In this document: in pieces, positions 1-9,087 of the stretch | Numbering within the stretch: the stretch's first letter is position 1 | How the letters are laid out: each line of letters opens with the position of its first letter | Origin: Candidatus Woesearchaeota archaeon | GTDB taxonomy: Archaea; Nanobdellota; Nanobdellia; Woesearchaeales; JAZDKJ01 | Assembly (NCBI GenBank): GCA_043803105.1 | Contig: JAZDKJ010000005.1 | Location: 75,566-139,565, forward strand | Reading direction: 5' to 3' | DNA length: 64,000 nt | The notes under the pieces: model-generated | What the model was told of the DNA's origin: nothing | The model's input: only the letters and a program-made list of their open reading frames with translations | Database searches by the model: none | Made by a program: the position numbers and the translations under genes

Positions 1-953
1 TGAAACTTGGACGAGAACCGAAAGTGCAGGAAAACCAGATTTATGAAAGAGAAGTGCCTTATGATTATTCTCCGGCAATCGTGAGCAGCCTAATAAGGCA
101 GAACAGCAAAAAGCCCACGGCAAAAGACTTTGTGGCAGAGTTGCTAAACCTATGCCTCAAAGGAAAACTCAAACTTGAACTAATCAAAAAAAAGAAAATC
201 CTTGGGATGTTTGGCTCTGACACAGACTACAAAATAATCATAACAAACAAGACAGGAAAACTTAAGCCTCATGAAGAAAAAGTGTTAAAGATAATCAAAC
301 AATATGCAAAAGGCAGCTCGATACTCTTCTCTAGCTTGGAGAAGGAGATAAGGCAGGACAGAAGGGACTTCCAAAAGCAATTTATTGAATGGCAGGGCAT
401 GGTCAAAAAAGAAGCAATAACACAAGAGTTCTTTGCCAAACAAAATTCCTACCTTTGGTTTAACATTGGCAGTGTGGGATTGATTGTTGCTGGACTCCTA
501 CTAAACATGAGGATAAGCTTAATCGTAGCAGGAATAGTTGGACTCATGATAAACAATATCTTCATTGACGCGCTTCCGAGAAGGACACAGAAAGGGCAGG
601 AACACTATCTCAGGTGGATGCACCTCAAGAAATTCCTGAAAGACTTCTCTGCAATGAAAGAGCACCCACCAGAATCCATAGCTGTCTGGGAAAGATACCT
701 TGTCTACGGAGTGACTTTGGGAGTGAGCGACAAAGTGGAGAAGGCAATGAAATTGATATTACCGGACAAGCAATACAAGTCCTCAATATTTGTCGGAGCA
801 GTAAGCTACCATGCCATAAGCACCGCAGGTTTTAGCCATGCTGTAGATTCTTTCAGCACTTCGTTTGCAGGAGCATCGGGCACTGCAGGCGGAGGAGGCT
901 TTGGAGGCGGCGGAGGCGGTGGCGGAGGAGGCGGTGGTGGCGGGGCTGGCTAA
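1..953 (+). CDS. DUF2207-like membrane protein, C-terminal part (5' truncated by window)
   Basis: Frame open from position 3; TM pair, WERYLVYGVTLGV motif and Gly-rich tail typical of DUF2207. Confidence 0.8.
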   Translation, partial: KLGREPKVQENQIYEREVPYDYSPAIVSSLIRQNSKKPTAKDFVAELLNLCLKGKLKLELIKKKKILGMFGSDTDYKIIITNKTGKLKPHEEKVLKIIKQYAKGSSILFSSLEKEIRQDRRDFQKQFIEWQGMVKKEAITQEFFAKQNSYLWFNIGSVGLIVAGLLLNMRISLIVAGIVGLMINNIFIDALPRRTQKGQEHYLRWMHLKKFLKDFSAMKEHPPESIAVWERYLVYGVTLGVSDKVEKAMKLILPDKQYKSSIFVGAVSYHAISTAGFSHAVDSFSTSFAGASGTAGGGGFGGGGGGGGGGGGGGAG

Positions 954-992
954 TCGCAAAGTATTTTAAGCAGTATTCTTTCTAAAGCCTTG

Positions 993-1727
993 ATGGAAAT
1001 CACAGTGATTGCTTCAGGCAGTAACGGCAACAGTTGCTTGGTGGAAGAGAAAGGAGTAAGTTTGCTTATCGATGCAGGAAAGAGCTGCAGGGAGACAGAG
1101 GCAAGGCTAAATCGTCAGGGAAAAAGCCTGGAAAATGTGGACGCATTACTGATAACACATTCACACGTTGACCATATCTGCGGAGCTGATGTCATAAGCA
1201 GAAAATACAATATACCAATTTACGCAACGAAGGGTACGCAAAGAGAAGCTGCAATTGGCGGATACTGCGTAAAGCAATTTCCAAGAGACTCAACTTTTTT
1301 CATAAAAGGGCTAACAATCAGGCCAGTGCAGACAAGCCACGATGTGACAAGCTGCGGATTTACAGTCGGAAAATTCGGGATATTCACTGATACCGGCATT
1401 GTAACAGAACAAATGCAGAACATAATTCCAAAACTAGAGGCAGTGCTGATCGAATCAAACCATGACATAGACATGGTGCTAAAAGGCCCTTATCCGATAT
1501 TCTTAAAGCACAGGATATTGTCTGATTCGGGGCACCTGAGCAACATCCATGCAAGCCAATTGGTAGCTGAAAAAGGCAAGAATCTTTCCCTGGTAATGTT
1601 AGGGCATCTTTCAGCAATCAACAACACAGAAGAATTGGCAAGAAAAACATTTGAGACCATAGTGAAGAGAAAAATAGAATATGCTGTATGCTCAAGAGAC
1701 AAGGAGACTGGAAGCTGGAGCGTATAA
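993..1727 (+). CDS. MBL-fold metallo-hydrolase (YycJ/WalJ-like)
   Basis: ASGSNGN, THSHVDH, ESNHD, GHLSN motifs. Confidence 0.9.
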   Translation: MEITVIASGSNGNSCLVEEKGVSLLIDAGKSCRETEARLNRQGKSLENVDALLITHSHVDHICGADVISRKYNIPIYATKGTQREAAIGGYCVKQFPRDSTFFIKGLTIRPVQTSHDVTSCGFTVGKFGIFTDTGIVTEQMQNIIPKLEAVLIESNHDIDMVLKGPYPIFLKHRILSDSGHLSNIHASQLVAEKGKNLSLVMLGHLSAINNTEELARKTFETIVKRKIEYAVCSRDKETGSWSV

Positions 1728-1793
1728 AAAACTTAAGCTGTACGGCATCAAGAAGTCTGCAAAGCACAACTATTTCAAATATGCACATCACAC

Positions 1794-2735
1794 TTAGCAG
1801 GTTTCTTCCCAGGACCTATAACACTTCTGCAATGCTTCACACCAGGAATAGCCAGCAGAGGGAATGCAGCCTTGTGCGTCGCGATCTCCACCCAGCAGAT
1901 TTGCCTGAGGGCTATAAAGAGAAGAGCTTAAGCTCGATACACCAGCGTGGACGCGTATCTCAATATTTTCAGCACCCTCAACATAGTTATGCAAATAGGT
2001 GTTGCCCTGCTTTGTGAATCCAGGAAGGTCAACTGAGGAGAGACCGCTCTCAACGACAATCCTGGTTCCATAATCCTCAGGCAATTGCAGCAAAAGCTGG
2101 CTTGCGCCAATCTCAAGGTCTGCCTTTAGAGGATTATGGCCAAGTCGCATAGTAGTGGAGGAAGCCCCAGCGTGCAACTTAAGGTCTGTCACCTGCAAAT
2201 TAGAGAAATCCAGATTCGCCTTGGCAGCACCGTAATCAAGCTTGAGAGAGTAGGCAATCCTTGGAGAAAGCTCGAGATTCCAGATGTCACTTGTGCCGAA
2301 GGCTGAACGCCTGCTCAAGATAATATGGTTGCCATTCAAAGCCAACAGAGGGTCCTGCGGATTACCTGTAGTGCCGCTGTTTCTGACAAGATAATCACTC
2401 GAACCTTGGCTTAAGTTCAGTTCTGCAGCACCCAAAGCAAGTTCCAGTGAAGCACTATTCAAGTCCCCAGCAGGCAACTCCTGAAGAAAATGCCTTGGCT
2501 CAACAAAATTTGGTGTTGAAGGGAACAACAAAATAATCAAGACTATAGCTATAATCGCTACAAGCCACCACTTAAGGCGAACAAGGACAGCAAAGCCCAA
2601 GACAATAATCAGAATAGGCCAGATGTACTGCCAATTAGCAATCGAGAAGCTGAAAAAACCCATTGCCCTAAACAGGAAAAACAGGCCAATTGCTACGAGA
2701 AACGCGCCAAAAAATCGTGATGGAGCGTCAGTCAT
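1794..2735 (-). CDS. LiaF/toast-rack-like membrane protein with C-terminal Cys motif
   Basis: N-terminal TM with WP motif, repeated GA-x-x-L beta motifs, tail GGDRDAQGCIPSAGYSWC. Confidence 0.6.
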   Translation of the reverse strand: MTDAPSRFFGAFLVAIGLFFLFRAMGFFSFSIANWQYIWPILIIVLGFAVLVRLKWWLVAIIAIVLIILLFPSTPNFVEPRHFLQELPAGDLNSASLELALGAAELNLSQGSSDYLVRNSGTTGNPQDPLLALNGNHIILSRRSAFGTSDIWNLELSPRIAYSLKLDYGAAKANLDFSNLQVTDLKLHAGASSTTMRLGHNPLKADLEIGASQLLLQLPEDYGTRIVVESGLSSVDLPGFTKQGNTYLHNYVEGAENIEIRVHAGVSSLSSSLYSPQANLLGGDRDAQGCIPSAGYSWCEALQKCYRSWEETC

Positions 2736-2899
2736 TTCCTCCTCCTGAAAATAATAAACAATCCGACTGCAATTATGAGAAAAGGCCAGGCATAGTTAAA
2801 GCTAAGCCAATTGAGCTGATTTAACAGGAGGCCTACACCTACAATAAGGATCAGCACACCTGCAAGAATCCTGCCAGAAAGGTTTCTTTCCTCTTTCAT
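2732..2899 (-). CDS. small LiaF-TM-like membrane protein (55 aa, not in ORF track)
   Basis: Hand translation MKEERNLSGRILAGVLILIVGVGLLLNQLNWLSFNYAWPFLIIAVGLFIIFRRRK; ATGA overlaps with both neighbours. Confidence 0.75.
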   Translation of the reverse strand: MKEERNLSGRILAGVLILIVGVGLLLNQLNWLSFNYAWPFLIIAVGLFIIFRRRK

Positions 2900-3327
2900 T
2901 TTTTGCGCCTCCCAATCAAGTATATTCCCAAGAGAATCAAGAGAGCAGGCCAGATGAAATTAAAGCTGAACCAGTGAAACATATTCTTCAATAGGAATAA
3001 GGCACCAATAAGAATAATAACAAAGCCAATAACGAAATGGCCTGTATGGCTCTCTTTCTTATCATGAACTGACTGCGCTTTCTTTGCAAGCTTTTTTGCA
3101 GTACGCTCTGCCATAGTGTCAACAGATGGCTTTTGGTCAGGGTTAAGTGGCATTACAATCCACAATACAATATAGATAATCAGACCGGTGCCCCACGCCA
3201 GAGTCAGAAGAACTGTTGCAAGCCTTATCCAGACTGGGTCAGCATCATAGAACTCTGCAATGCCACCGCAGACTCCTGCAATAATCTTGTCCTGGCGCGA
3301 GCGAAACATCCTTTTTTGTCCTTTCAT
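2896..3327 (-). CDS. pspC: PspC domain protein
   Basis: RSRQDKIIAGVCGGIAEFYDADPVWIRL...YIVLWIVMP signature. Confidence 0.9.
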   Translation of the reverse strand: MKGQKRMFRSRQDKIIAGVCGGIAEFYDADPVWIRLATVLLTLAWGTGLIIYIVLWIVMPLNPDQKPSVDTMAERTAKKLAKKAQSVHDKKESHTGHFVIGFVIILIGALFLLKNMFHWFSFNFIWPALLILLGIYLIGRRKK

Positions 3328-3565
3328 GAATATCACCTGCTCTTCAACAATAGTTTTTGGTTTATAAATTGTTCCAAGGAATCCTACATTGAAAGCTCAA
3401 TCATGAGCTGCAGAATACACTCTGCCAGAACAGGATCCATGGAATCAAGGTTTCCGTCATTCATACCTGTAAATAATCAGAAGGCCTTTATAAGCATAGG
3501 CAAGGAAAGATAAATAGGATTCCTACATAAAAGGCTTTTTATAGTAGAATAAACAATCAATAAAC

Positions 3566-4204
3566 ATGCTGCAATACATAGAAACGATATACACTACAAT
3601 TGTCGTATTATCATGCCTTTTTGTAGCTGTGCGAACTCATAAACTCTATAAATTGAGCGGGCATGAGGGCATAGGCTCTTTTCGGAACGCATTCATCTAC
3701 ATGGGCTTGGCGTTCATTGCCCGTTACGTGATGTTAACACTCTTCTCGCTAAAGTTTGTCACAAGCCCGACGCTCGGGTTTGCGCTGGCAACGCAATTGG
3801 CCATGATATACTTGTATTGCATAGCAGGGTTCTCCCTTGTATACAGCCTGGTATGGAAGGGCGCTGAAAAGAAGCAGGCATATCTAGTGCACCTGCTCGC
3901 TATAGGAATAGCTGTTGCAAGCATCTATAAGGCCTATTTCCTTTACTTCTCACAGCTGGCAGTGTTTGGATATGCGGCAATATCATGCTACTCAACATAC
4001 AGGGAAACAAAGCAGAGGTTCATCCAAGTGTATTTCATAGCATTGATACTTGCTTTTGCAGGATACCTGGCAAACCTTCTAAATTATTTCCTTGCGCCAA
4101 TAAGTCCAACATTCGTGATTTACACGTATGGCATAACTGTAGTAACATTCCTGATATTTGTTTATGGGGTAATAAGGGCAGAATGGCTAAGCGAGAAAGG
4201 CTAG
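3566..4204 (+). CDS. multi-pass membrane protein (possible sensor)
   Basis: About 7 hydrophobic segments; overlaps the downstream wHTH gene. Confidence 0.65.
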   Translation: MLQYIETIYTTIVVLSCLFVAVRTHKLYKLSGHEGIGSFRNAFIYMGLAFIARYVMLTLFSLKFVTSPTLGFALATQLAMIYLYCIAGFSLVYSLVWKGAEKKQAYLVHLLAIGIAVASIYKAYFLYFSQLAVFGYAAISCYSTYRETKQRFIQVYFIALILAFAGYLANLLNYFLAPISPTFVIYTYGITVVTFLIFVYGVIRAEWLSEKG

Positions 4205-4449
4205 AGGTAATAAACGACATACTGAAGGTCATACGCGACAACAGGAGCGTAAGACCAACAAAAGTGCTCCACTCATCAAACCTAAGCCCTCAGATGTTCA
4301 AGGAGTACATAGACGAACTGCTTACAAAGAAGTTTATTGAACAAAGAGAAGAAGACGACAAAAAATTCTATTCGCTGACAGAAAAGGGCTATGAATTCCT
4401 GCAAAAATACAAGGCAATGACAGAACTCATAGCAAACTTCGGGCTTTGA
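4183..4449 (+). CDS. archaeal winged-helix transcription regulator
   Basis: MAKRERLEVINDIL...SNLS...YSLTEKG; start re-placed at ATG 4183. Confidence 0.85.
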   Translation: MAKRERLEVINDILKVIRDNRSVRPTKVLHSSNLSPQMFKEYIDELLTKKFIEQREEDDKKFYSLTEKGYEFLQKYKAMTELIANFGL

Positions 4450-4473
4450 ACAGGAGTAAACTTCCAGAAACAG

Positions 4474-4743
4474 TCAAAACTGGAAGCCTTTTTTTGCAAC
4501 ATACGCAACAGCAGCAGCAATTCCGCAATAGAGGGACAACTGACCGATTTTATAGCTCTTACTTTTCTCAAATTGTTTGTCAGTCTGTAGCATCTCGTTT
4601 CTCCTAAGTTGAAACTCGCCCCAAACCCAGTAACCAATCAACGAGACTCTGCCTGCTGCACGCTCCACGCCTGCAAAAAATGCAGTATGCAATGGCAAAC
4701 ATGCAATCCCGAAAACAACTTCATCAAGACTATGTTTTCCCAT
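4474..4743 (-). CDS. hypothetical protein
   Basis: ORF with upstream AT-rich TATA-like sequence. Confidence 0.45.
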   Translation of the reverse strand: MGKHSLDEVVFGIACLPLHTAFFAGVERAAGRVSLIGYWVWGEFQLRRNEMLQTDKQFEKSKSYKIGQLSLYCGIAAAVAYVAKKGFQF

Positions 4744-4775
4744 AAATAAAGGAAGTCAGCTCTAATTTTTAAAGC

Positions 4776-5045
4776 TTACTTGTCAAGCAGATTTCGCAAG
4801 CGCTGAGAAACAGCCTTTGTTTGCGAGGAAAAACCAAAGTAGCCCAAGAACCAGCCAACATAATAAGTAATCTCACCTGAGCGTGTTCTGTATATCCTAC
4901 CTATATCATATACAACTCCGCTCCTCTCTTCCTTTGGAAGGTGAGGCAGCTTACGCTGTTGCCAGCCATTTGCAGCACCGTCTACAAGCGCTTCAAGCTG
5001 AGGGTGCGGTTCTTTAATGTATTTGAAGGCAAAATACTCTACCAT
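4776..5045 (-). CDS. hypothetical protein
   Basis: ORF only. Confidence 0.4.
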   Translation of the reverse strand: MVEYFAFKYIKEPHPQLEALVDGAANGWQQRKLPHLPKEERSGVVYDIGRIYRTRSGEITYYVGWFLGYFGFSSQTKAVSQRLRNLLDK

Positions 5046-5132
5046 AAACGGAAATGTAGCAGAAGATTATTTAAAACTATTGCCAGTTCAAGCAACACAA
5101 CCTATTTAAATGCTGATTCTTTCTTAACGGCC

Positions 5133-7919
5133 ATGAAAAACATAGTGATAAAGGGGGCAAGGCAGCACAATCTAAAAAACATTAACCTTACTCTGCCGAG
5201 AGATAAGCTCATAGTTCTCACAGGCCTATCCGGCTCTGGAAAAAGCACTCTTGCGTTTGACACAATCTATGCAGAAGGCCAGAGGAGATATGTGGAGAGC
5301 CTGTCTGCTTATGCACGGCAGTTCATAGGCCAGATCGGAAAGCCGGATGTTGACTCCATAGAAGGGCTGAGCCCTGCAATATCGATAGAGCAAAAATCCA
5401 CGAGCAAAAACCCCAGGTCAACTGTCGGCACTGTGACAGAGATATATGACTATCTAAGGTTATTGTTTGCGAGGATTGGCATTCCTTATTGTCCAGAGCA
5501 CAACCTGAAGATAGAAGGGCAAAGCGCTGAACGGATAGCAGACCAGATTGAAGGCACTGTCACCATACTTGCGCCCATAATCAGGCAGAAAAAGGGGACA
5601 TACGAGAAACTAGTCGAGGACCTTAACAAAGAAGGATATGCAAAGGTAAGGATCGACAAGGTCATCCAAGGGACAGACGAGGAAGCAAAGCTTGACAGAT
5701 ACAAAAAGCATGACATAGAAATCGTTGTGGACAAGGTAAAGCCAAGCGAAAGGACGAGGCTTGTAGAGGCAATAGAGAACGCAATAAAAAAAGCTGAGGG
5801 GCTTGTAATAACTGTGGATGACGATGGAAAAGAGAAGTTGTACTCCAGTAGGATGGCATGCCCGAAATGTGGATTGATGTTTGAGGAACTTCAACCCAGA
5901 ATGTTCTCATTCAACTCACCATTCGGGGCGTGCGAGAATTGCCATGGGCTAGGAATCAGGATGGACTTTGACCCTGACCTGATGATTCCTGACAAGGCAA
6001 AGAGCATAGCTGACGGGGCAATAACTCTGTACAAGAACGCGATGGATGGATGGAGGGTGCAATACCTTGGAGCAATAGCAAAGCACTATGGTTTTGACAT
6101 ATTCACTCCAATAAACAGGCTCACGAAACAACAATTTGATGTGCTGATGCACGGTGGCAACGACAGGATAAAATACAACATGAGCATGAAAAATGGCGAA
6201 TCCAACTGGTCAGGGACAGGAGAATGGGAGGGGCTGATACCCCAATCAGAAAGGCTTTATCGGCAGACAGAATCAGAGTACAGAAGAGAAGAGCTGGAAA
6301 GGTTCATGCAGGTGAGCTCTTGCGAGGCATGCAAGGGAAAAAAGCTTAAGCCAAAGGTATTGGCAGTAAAAGTAGCAGGAGAGTCCATAATAGACATAAC
6401 AGACCTTTCAATAAAGGACGCGATAGAATTCTTCGATAAAGTCCAACTAACTGAAAAAGAAAAGGAGATCTCCAAGCAAGTGATAAAGGAGATAAGGGCA
6501 AGACTTGATTTTCTGGACAAGGTAGGGCTGAACTATCTGACATTGTCAAGGACAGCAGGAACGCTTTCAGGCGGAGAGGCTCAAAGGATAAGGCTCGCAA
6601 CCCAAATCGGCTCAAACCTGATGGGAGTACTGTACGTACTTGATGAACCATCCATAGGGCTTCACCAAAGGGACAACAAGAAACTGATAAAGACGCTGTT
6701 CAAATTGAGAGACCTCGGCAACACACTCATAGTTGTAGAGCATGACGAAGAGACGATCAGAAATGCAGACTATGTTGTGGACCTTGGGCCTGGGGCAGGG
6801 CTTCACGGAGGCAGGATAGTTGCAGAGGGAACCCCAAAACAGGTGGAGAAGGCAAAAAACAGCCTGACAGGAATGTATCTTTCTGGCAGGATGAAGATAG
6901 AAACCCCGACAAACAGAAGAAAGGCAGACAAATACATAAGGTTGCTGGGATGCAGGGAGAACAACCTCAAATCTATAAATGCAAAAATACCTGTAGGACT
7001 TTTAACCCTGATAACAGGGGTGAGCGGGAGCGGCAAATCTACTTTGATTTCTGAGATACTCTACAAAGCGCTGATGAAAAGGCTGTACAACTCAAAAGAG
7101 AGTGCTGGTAAGCATGACAAACTCGTGCTTGAACAAGAGATAGAAAAGGTAATCGTTATCGACCAAAGCCCGATAGGAAGAACACCAAGGAGCAATCCTG
7201 CAACGTACACAAAACTGTTTGACGAGATAAGACGCCTGTTCTCTGAAACACCAGAAGCAAAGGTTCGGGGTTACAAGCCAGGAAGATTCTCATTCAATGT
7301 TGAGGGAGGCAGGTGCGAGGCATGCCAGGGAGATGGGCTAATAAAAATAGAGATGAACTTTCTGCCTGATGTCTACATAGAATGCGAGGAGTGCAAGGGA
7401 ACAAGATATAATGCTGAAACACTTGAGGTGAGGTACAAGGGAAAATCGATAGCAGAGGTGCTTAACCTCACAGTAGAAGAGGCATACACACTGTTCGAGA
7501 ACATACCATCAATCAAGGCAAAACTGGACACACTCCTCAGGGTTGGCCTGAGCTATATAAAACTCGGGCAGAGCTCAACAACACTCTCAGGAGGAGAGGC
7601 ACAAAGAATCAAGATAACGAGGGAGCTTGCGAAAAGAGAGTCAGGAAAGACGGTCTATCTGCTTGATGAGCCCACAACAGGGCTTCATTTTCATGACGTC
7701 AAAAAACTGATAAATGTACTTGACGAGCTAGTTGACAAGGGAAACAGCGTTGTTGTGATTGAGCACAACCTTGATGTCATAAAGTCAGCAGACTATATAA
7801 TAGACCTTGGGCCTGATGGCGGAGATTTGGGCGGGAGAATAATAGCAGAGGGAACCCCTGAAGAGGTTGCAAGAAACCCGAAGAGCTATACTGGAGAATT
7901 CCTCAAGAGGATGCTTTAG
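5133..7919 (+). CDS. uvrA: excinuclease ABC subunit A
   Basis: GARQHNLKN, two Walker A motifs (GLSGSGKS, GVSGSGKS), LSGGEAQRI twice, zinc fingers; start at MKNIVIK. Confidence 0.98.
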   Translation: MKNIVIKGARQHNLKNINLTLPRDKLIVLTGLSGSGKSTLAFDTIYAEGQRRYVESLSAYARQFIGQIGKPDVDSIEGLSPAISIEQKSTSKNPRSTVGTVTEIYDYLRLLFARIGIPYCPEHNLKIEGQSAERIADQIEGTVTILAPIIRQKKGTYEKLVEDLNKEGYAKVRIDKVIQGTDEEAKLDRYKKHDIEIVVDKVKPSERTRLVEAIENAIKKAEGLVITVDDDGKEKLYSSRMACPKCGLMFEELQPRMFSFNSPFGACENCHGLGIRMDFDPDLMIPDKAKSIADGAITLYKNAMDGWRVQYLGAIAKHYGFDIFTPINRLTKQQFDVLMHGGNDRIKYNMSMKNGESNWSGTGEWEGLIPQSERLYRQTESEYRREELERFMQVSSCEACKGKKLKPKVLAVKVAGESIIDITDLSIKDAIEFFDKVQLTEKEKEISKQVIKEIRARLDFLDKVGLNYLTLSRTAGTLSGGEAQRIRLATQIGSNLMGVLYVLDEPSIGLHQRDNKKLIKTLFKLRDLGNTLIVVEHDEETIRNADYVVDLGPGAGLHGGRIVAEGTPKQVEKAKNSLTGMYLSGRMKIETPTNRRKADKYIRLLGCRENNLKSINAKIPVGLLTLITGVSGSGKSTLISEILYKALMKRLYNSKESAGKHDKLVLEQEIEKVIVIDQSPIGRTPRSNPATYTKLFDEIRRLFSETPEAKVRGYKPGRFSFNVEGGRCEACQGDGLIKIEMNFLPDVYIECEECKGTRYNAETLEVRYKGKSIAEVLNLTVEEAYTLFENIPSIKAKLDTLLRVGLSYIKLGQSSTTLSGGEAQRIKITRELAKRESGKTVYLLDEPTTGLHFHDVKKLINVLDELVDKGNSVVVIEHNLDVIKSADYIIDLGPDGGDLGGRIIAEGTPEEVARNPKSYTGEFLKRML

Positions 7920-7931
7920 GAATTATTGGTT

Positions 7932-8987
7932 TTATTTCTTACCAATTATCAGATTTATTCTTCTCACCAGCTTTGGAGAGATATAATGTGCAACTGTTAC
8001 AGTATGGCTAGGCAACCATTCTTCTGTCTTTTTAGAAAACTTTTTATGACCTAACTTCTCTGCAATTTCATTATATACTTCTTTTATTTCATTCTTTGTG
8101 GGATGCGGATTTTTTTTGAGATATTTCTCAATTGTAAAAGTTGCATAATAAGACCTAACTAAATGCGGATAGAATCTTTTTCCGCAATATTTCAAGAAAG
8201 CACTTTCAAATTCAGTATCCCTTATAACATGATGCAGACCATTAGTAAAAACATACTCGTTAGGCCTTAGAGTTCTTATTTTCTTTGCAAGAGACGTGAC
8301 ATAAACCTCTGGAAATTCTTCCTCTATTTTTTGCGGAACCCCATTTTTGCCAGAAAACGTGAACATTACATTATCCTTTTGTATTTTTATATCTTTTTTT
8401 CGTAGGGTTGTAAGACCTTCGTGACCATTTATTTTATCGTACACCTCACCACCTACACGCATATAAGTTTTAAGTAAGGTATAAAGCGGAAGAGCCATGA
8501 AATCCTTATTTCTTAAACCAAACAGCACATTTCTTCTCAATTTAGGCAAAACCTTTTCAAATTCATCAACTTTTTTGTATTTGGTATCCTGCGATTTTAG
8601 TTTTTTGTCTAAAGTGTATACATACGCGTATTCGCCGTTCGGATTTTGATAGATAACGTCCCAATGATGATTATTTGTCTGATCATGAATAGTCAAATGA
8701 GGAGAGAACAAAGAATATGCTCTGTCCAGTTTTTTCCCATTTGGAAGAATGATTATCCTTTCTCCAGCAACATGGTTATTGGGCAACAAATAACCTTTCA
8801 GGAAAGCCTTATCTTTGGAGTCAAGAAGAACATTGAATCTATTATGCAATTTAAAATAATTAACTATTTTTTTAACATTGCTTATATCAAAGTGATTTTC
8901 CCGAGTCCAGCCGGCCCTTGTTTTCCTTTGCGCAATTAAGTCCTTTGCCCTTATTCTGATTGCACTTGCAGGAATATTTTTTTTCAT
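7932..8987 (-). CDS. type IB DNA topoisomerase-like protein (bacterial/poxvirus-like catalytic domain)
   Basis: RVGGEVY..INGHEGLTTLR, FSGKNG, VRSY, LGH, HYISP give the R-K-R-H-Y catalytic set. Confidence 0.75.
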   Translation of the reverse strand: MKKNIPASAIRIRAKDLIAQRKTRAGWTRENHFDISNVKKIVNYFKLHNRFNVLLDSKDKAFLKGYLLPNNHVAGERIIILPNGKKLDRAYSLFSPHLTIHDQTNNHHWDVIYQNPNGEYAYVYTLDKKLKSQDTKYKKVDEFEKVLPKLRRNVLFGLRNKDFMALPLYTLLKTYMRVGGEVYDKINGHEGLTTLRKKDIKIQKDNVMFTFSGKNGVPQKIEEEFPEVYVTSLAKKIRTLRPNEYVFTNGLHHVIRDTEFESAFLKYCGKRFYPHLVRSYYATFTIEKYLKKNPHPTKNEIKEVYNEIAEKLGHKKFSKKTEEWLPSHTVTVAHYISPKLVRRINLIIGKK

Positions 8988-9087
8988 TATTTGCAGAATA
9001 TGCAGTTCCAGTTAATTTAAATGTTTGCATGTTTCAATAATTCGAATTTTTGTAAGATTTATAAGGCTGGGAGTTTTTCAGAACAGC

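Noticed and set aside
888-950. GGC/GGA microsatellite (also ~18543-18566)
   Set aside because: It encodes ordinary poly-Gly linkers or tails.
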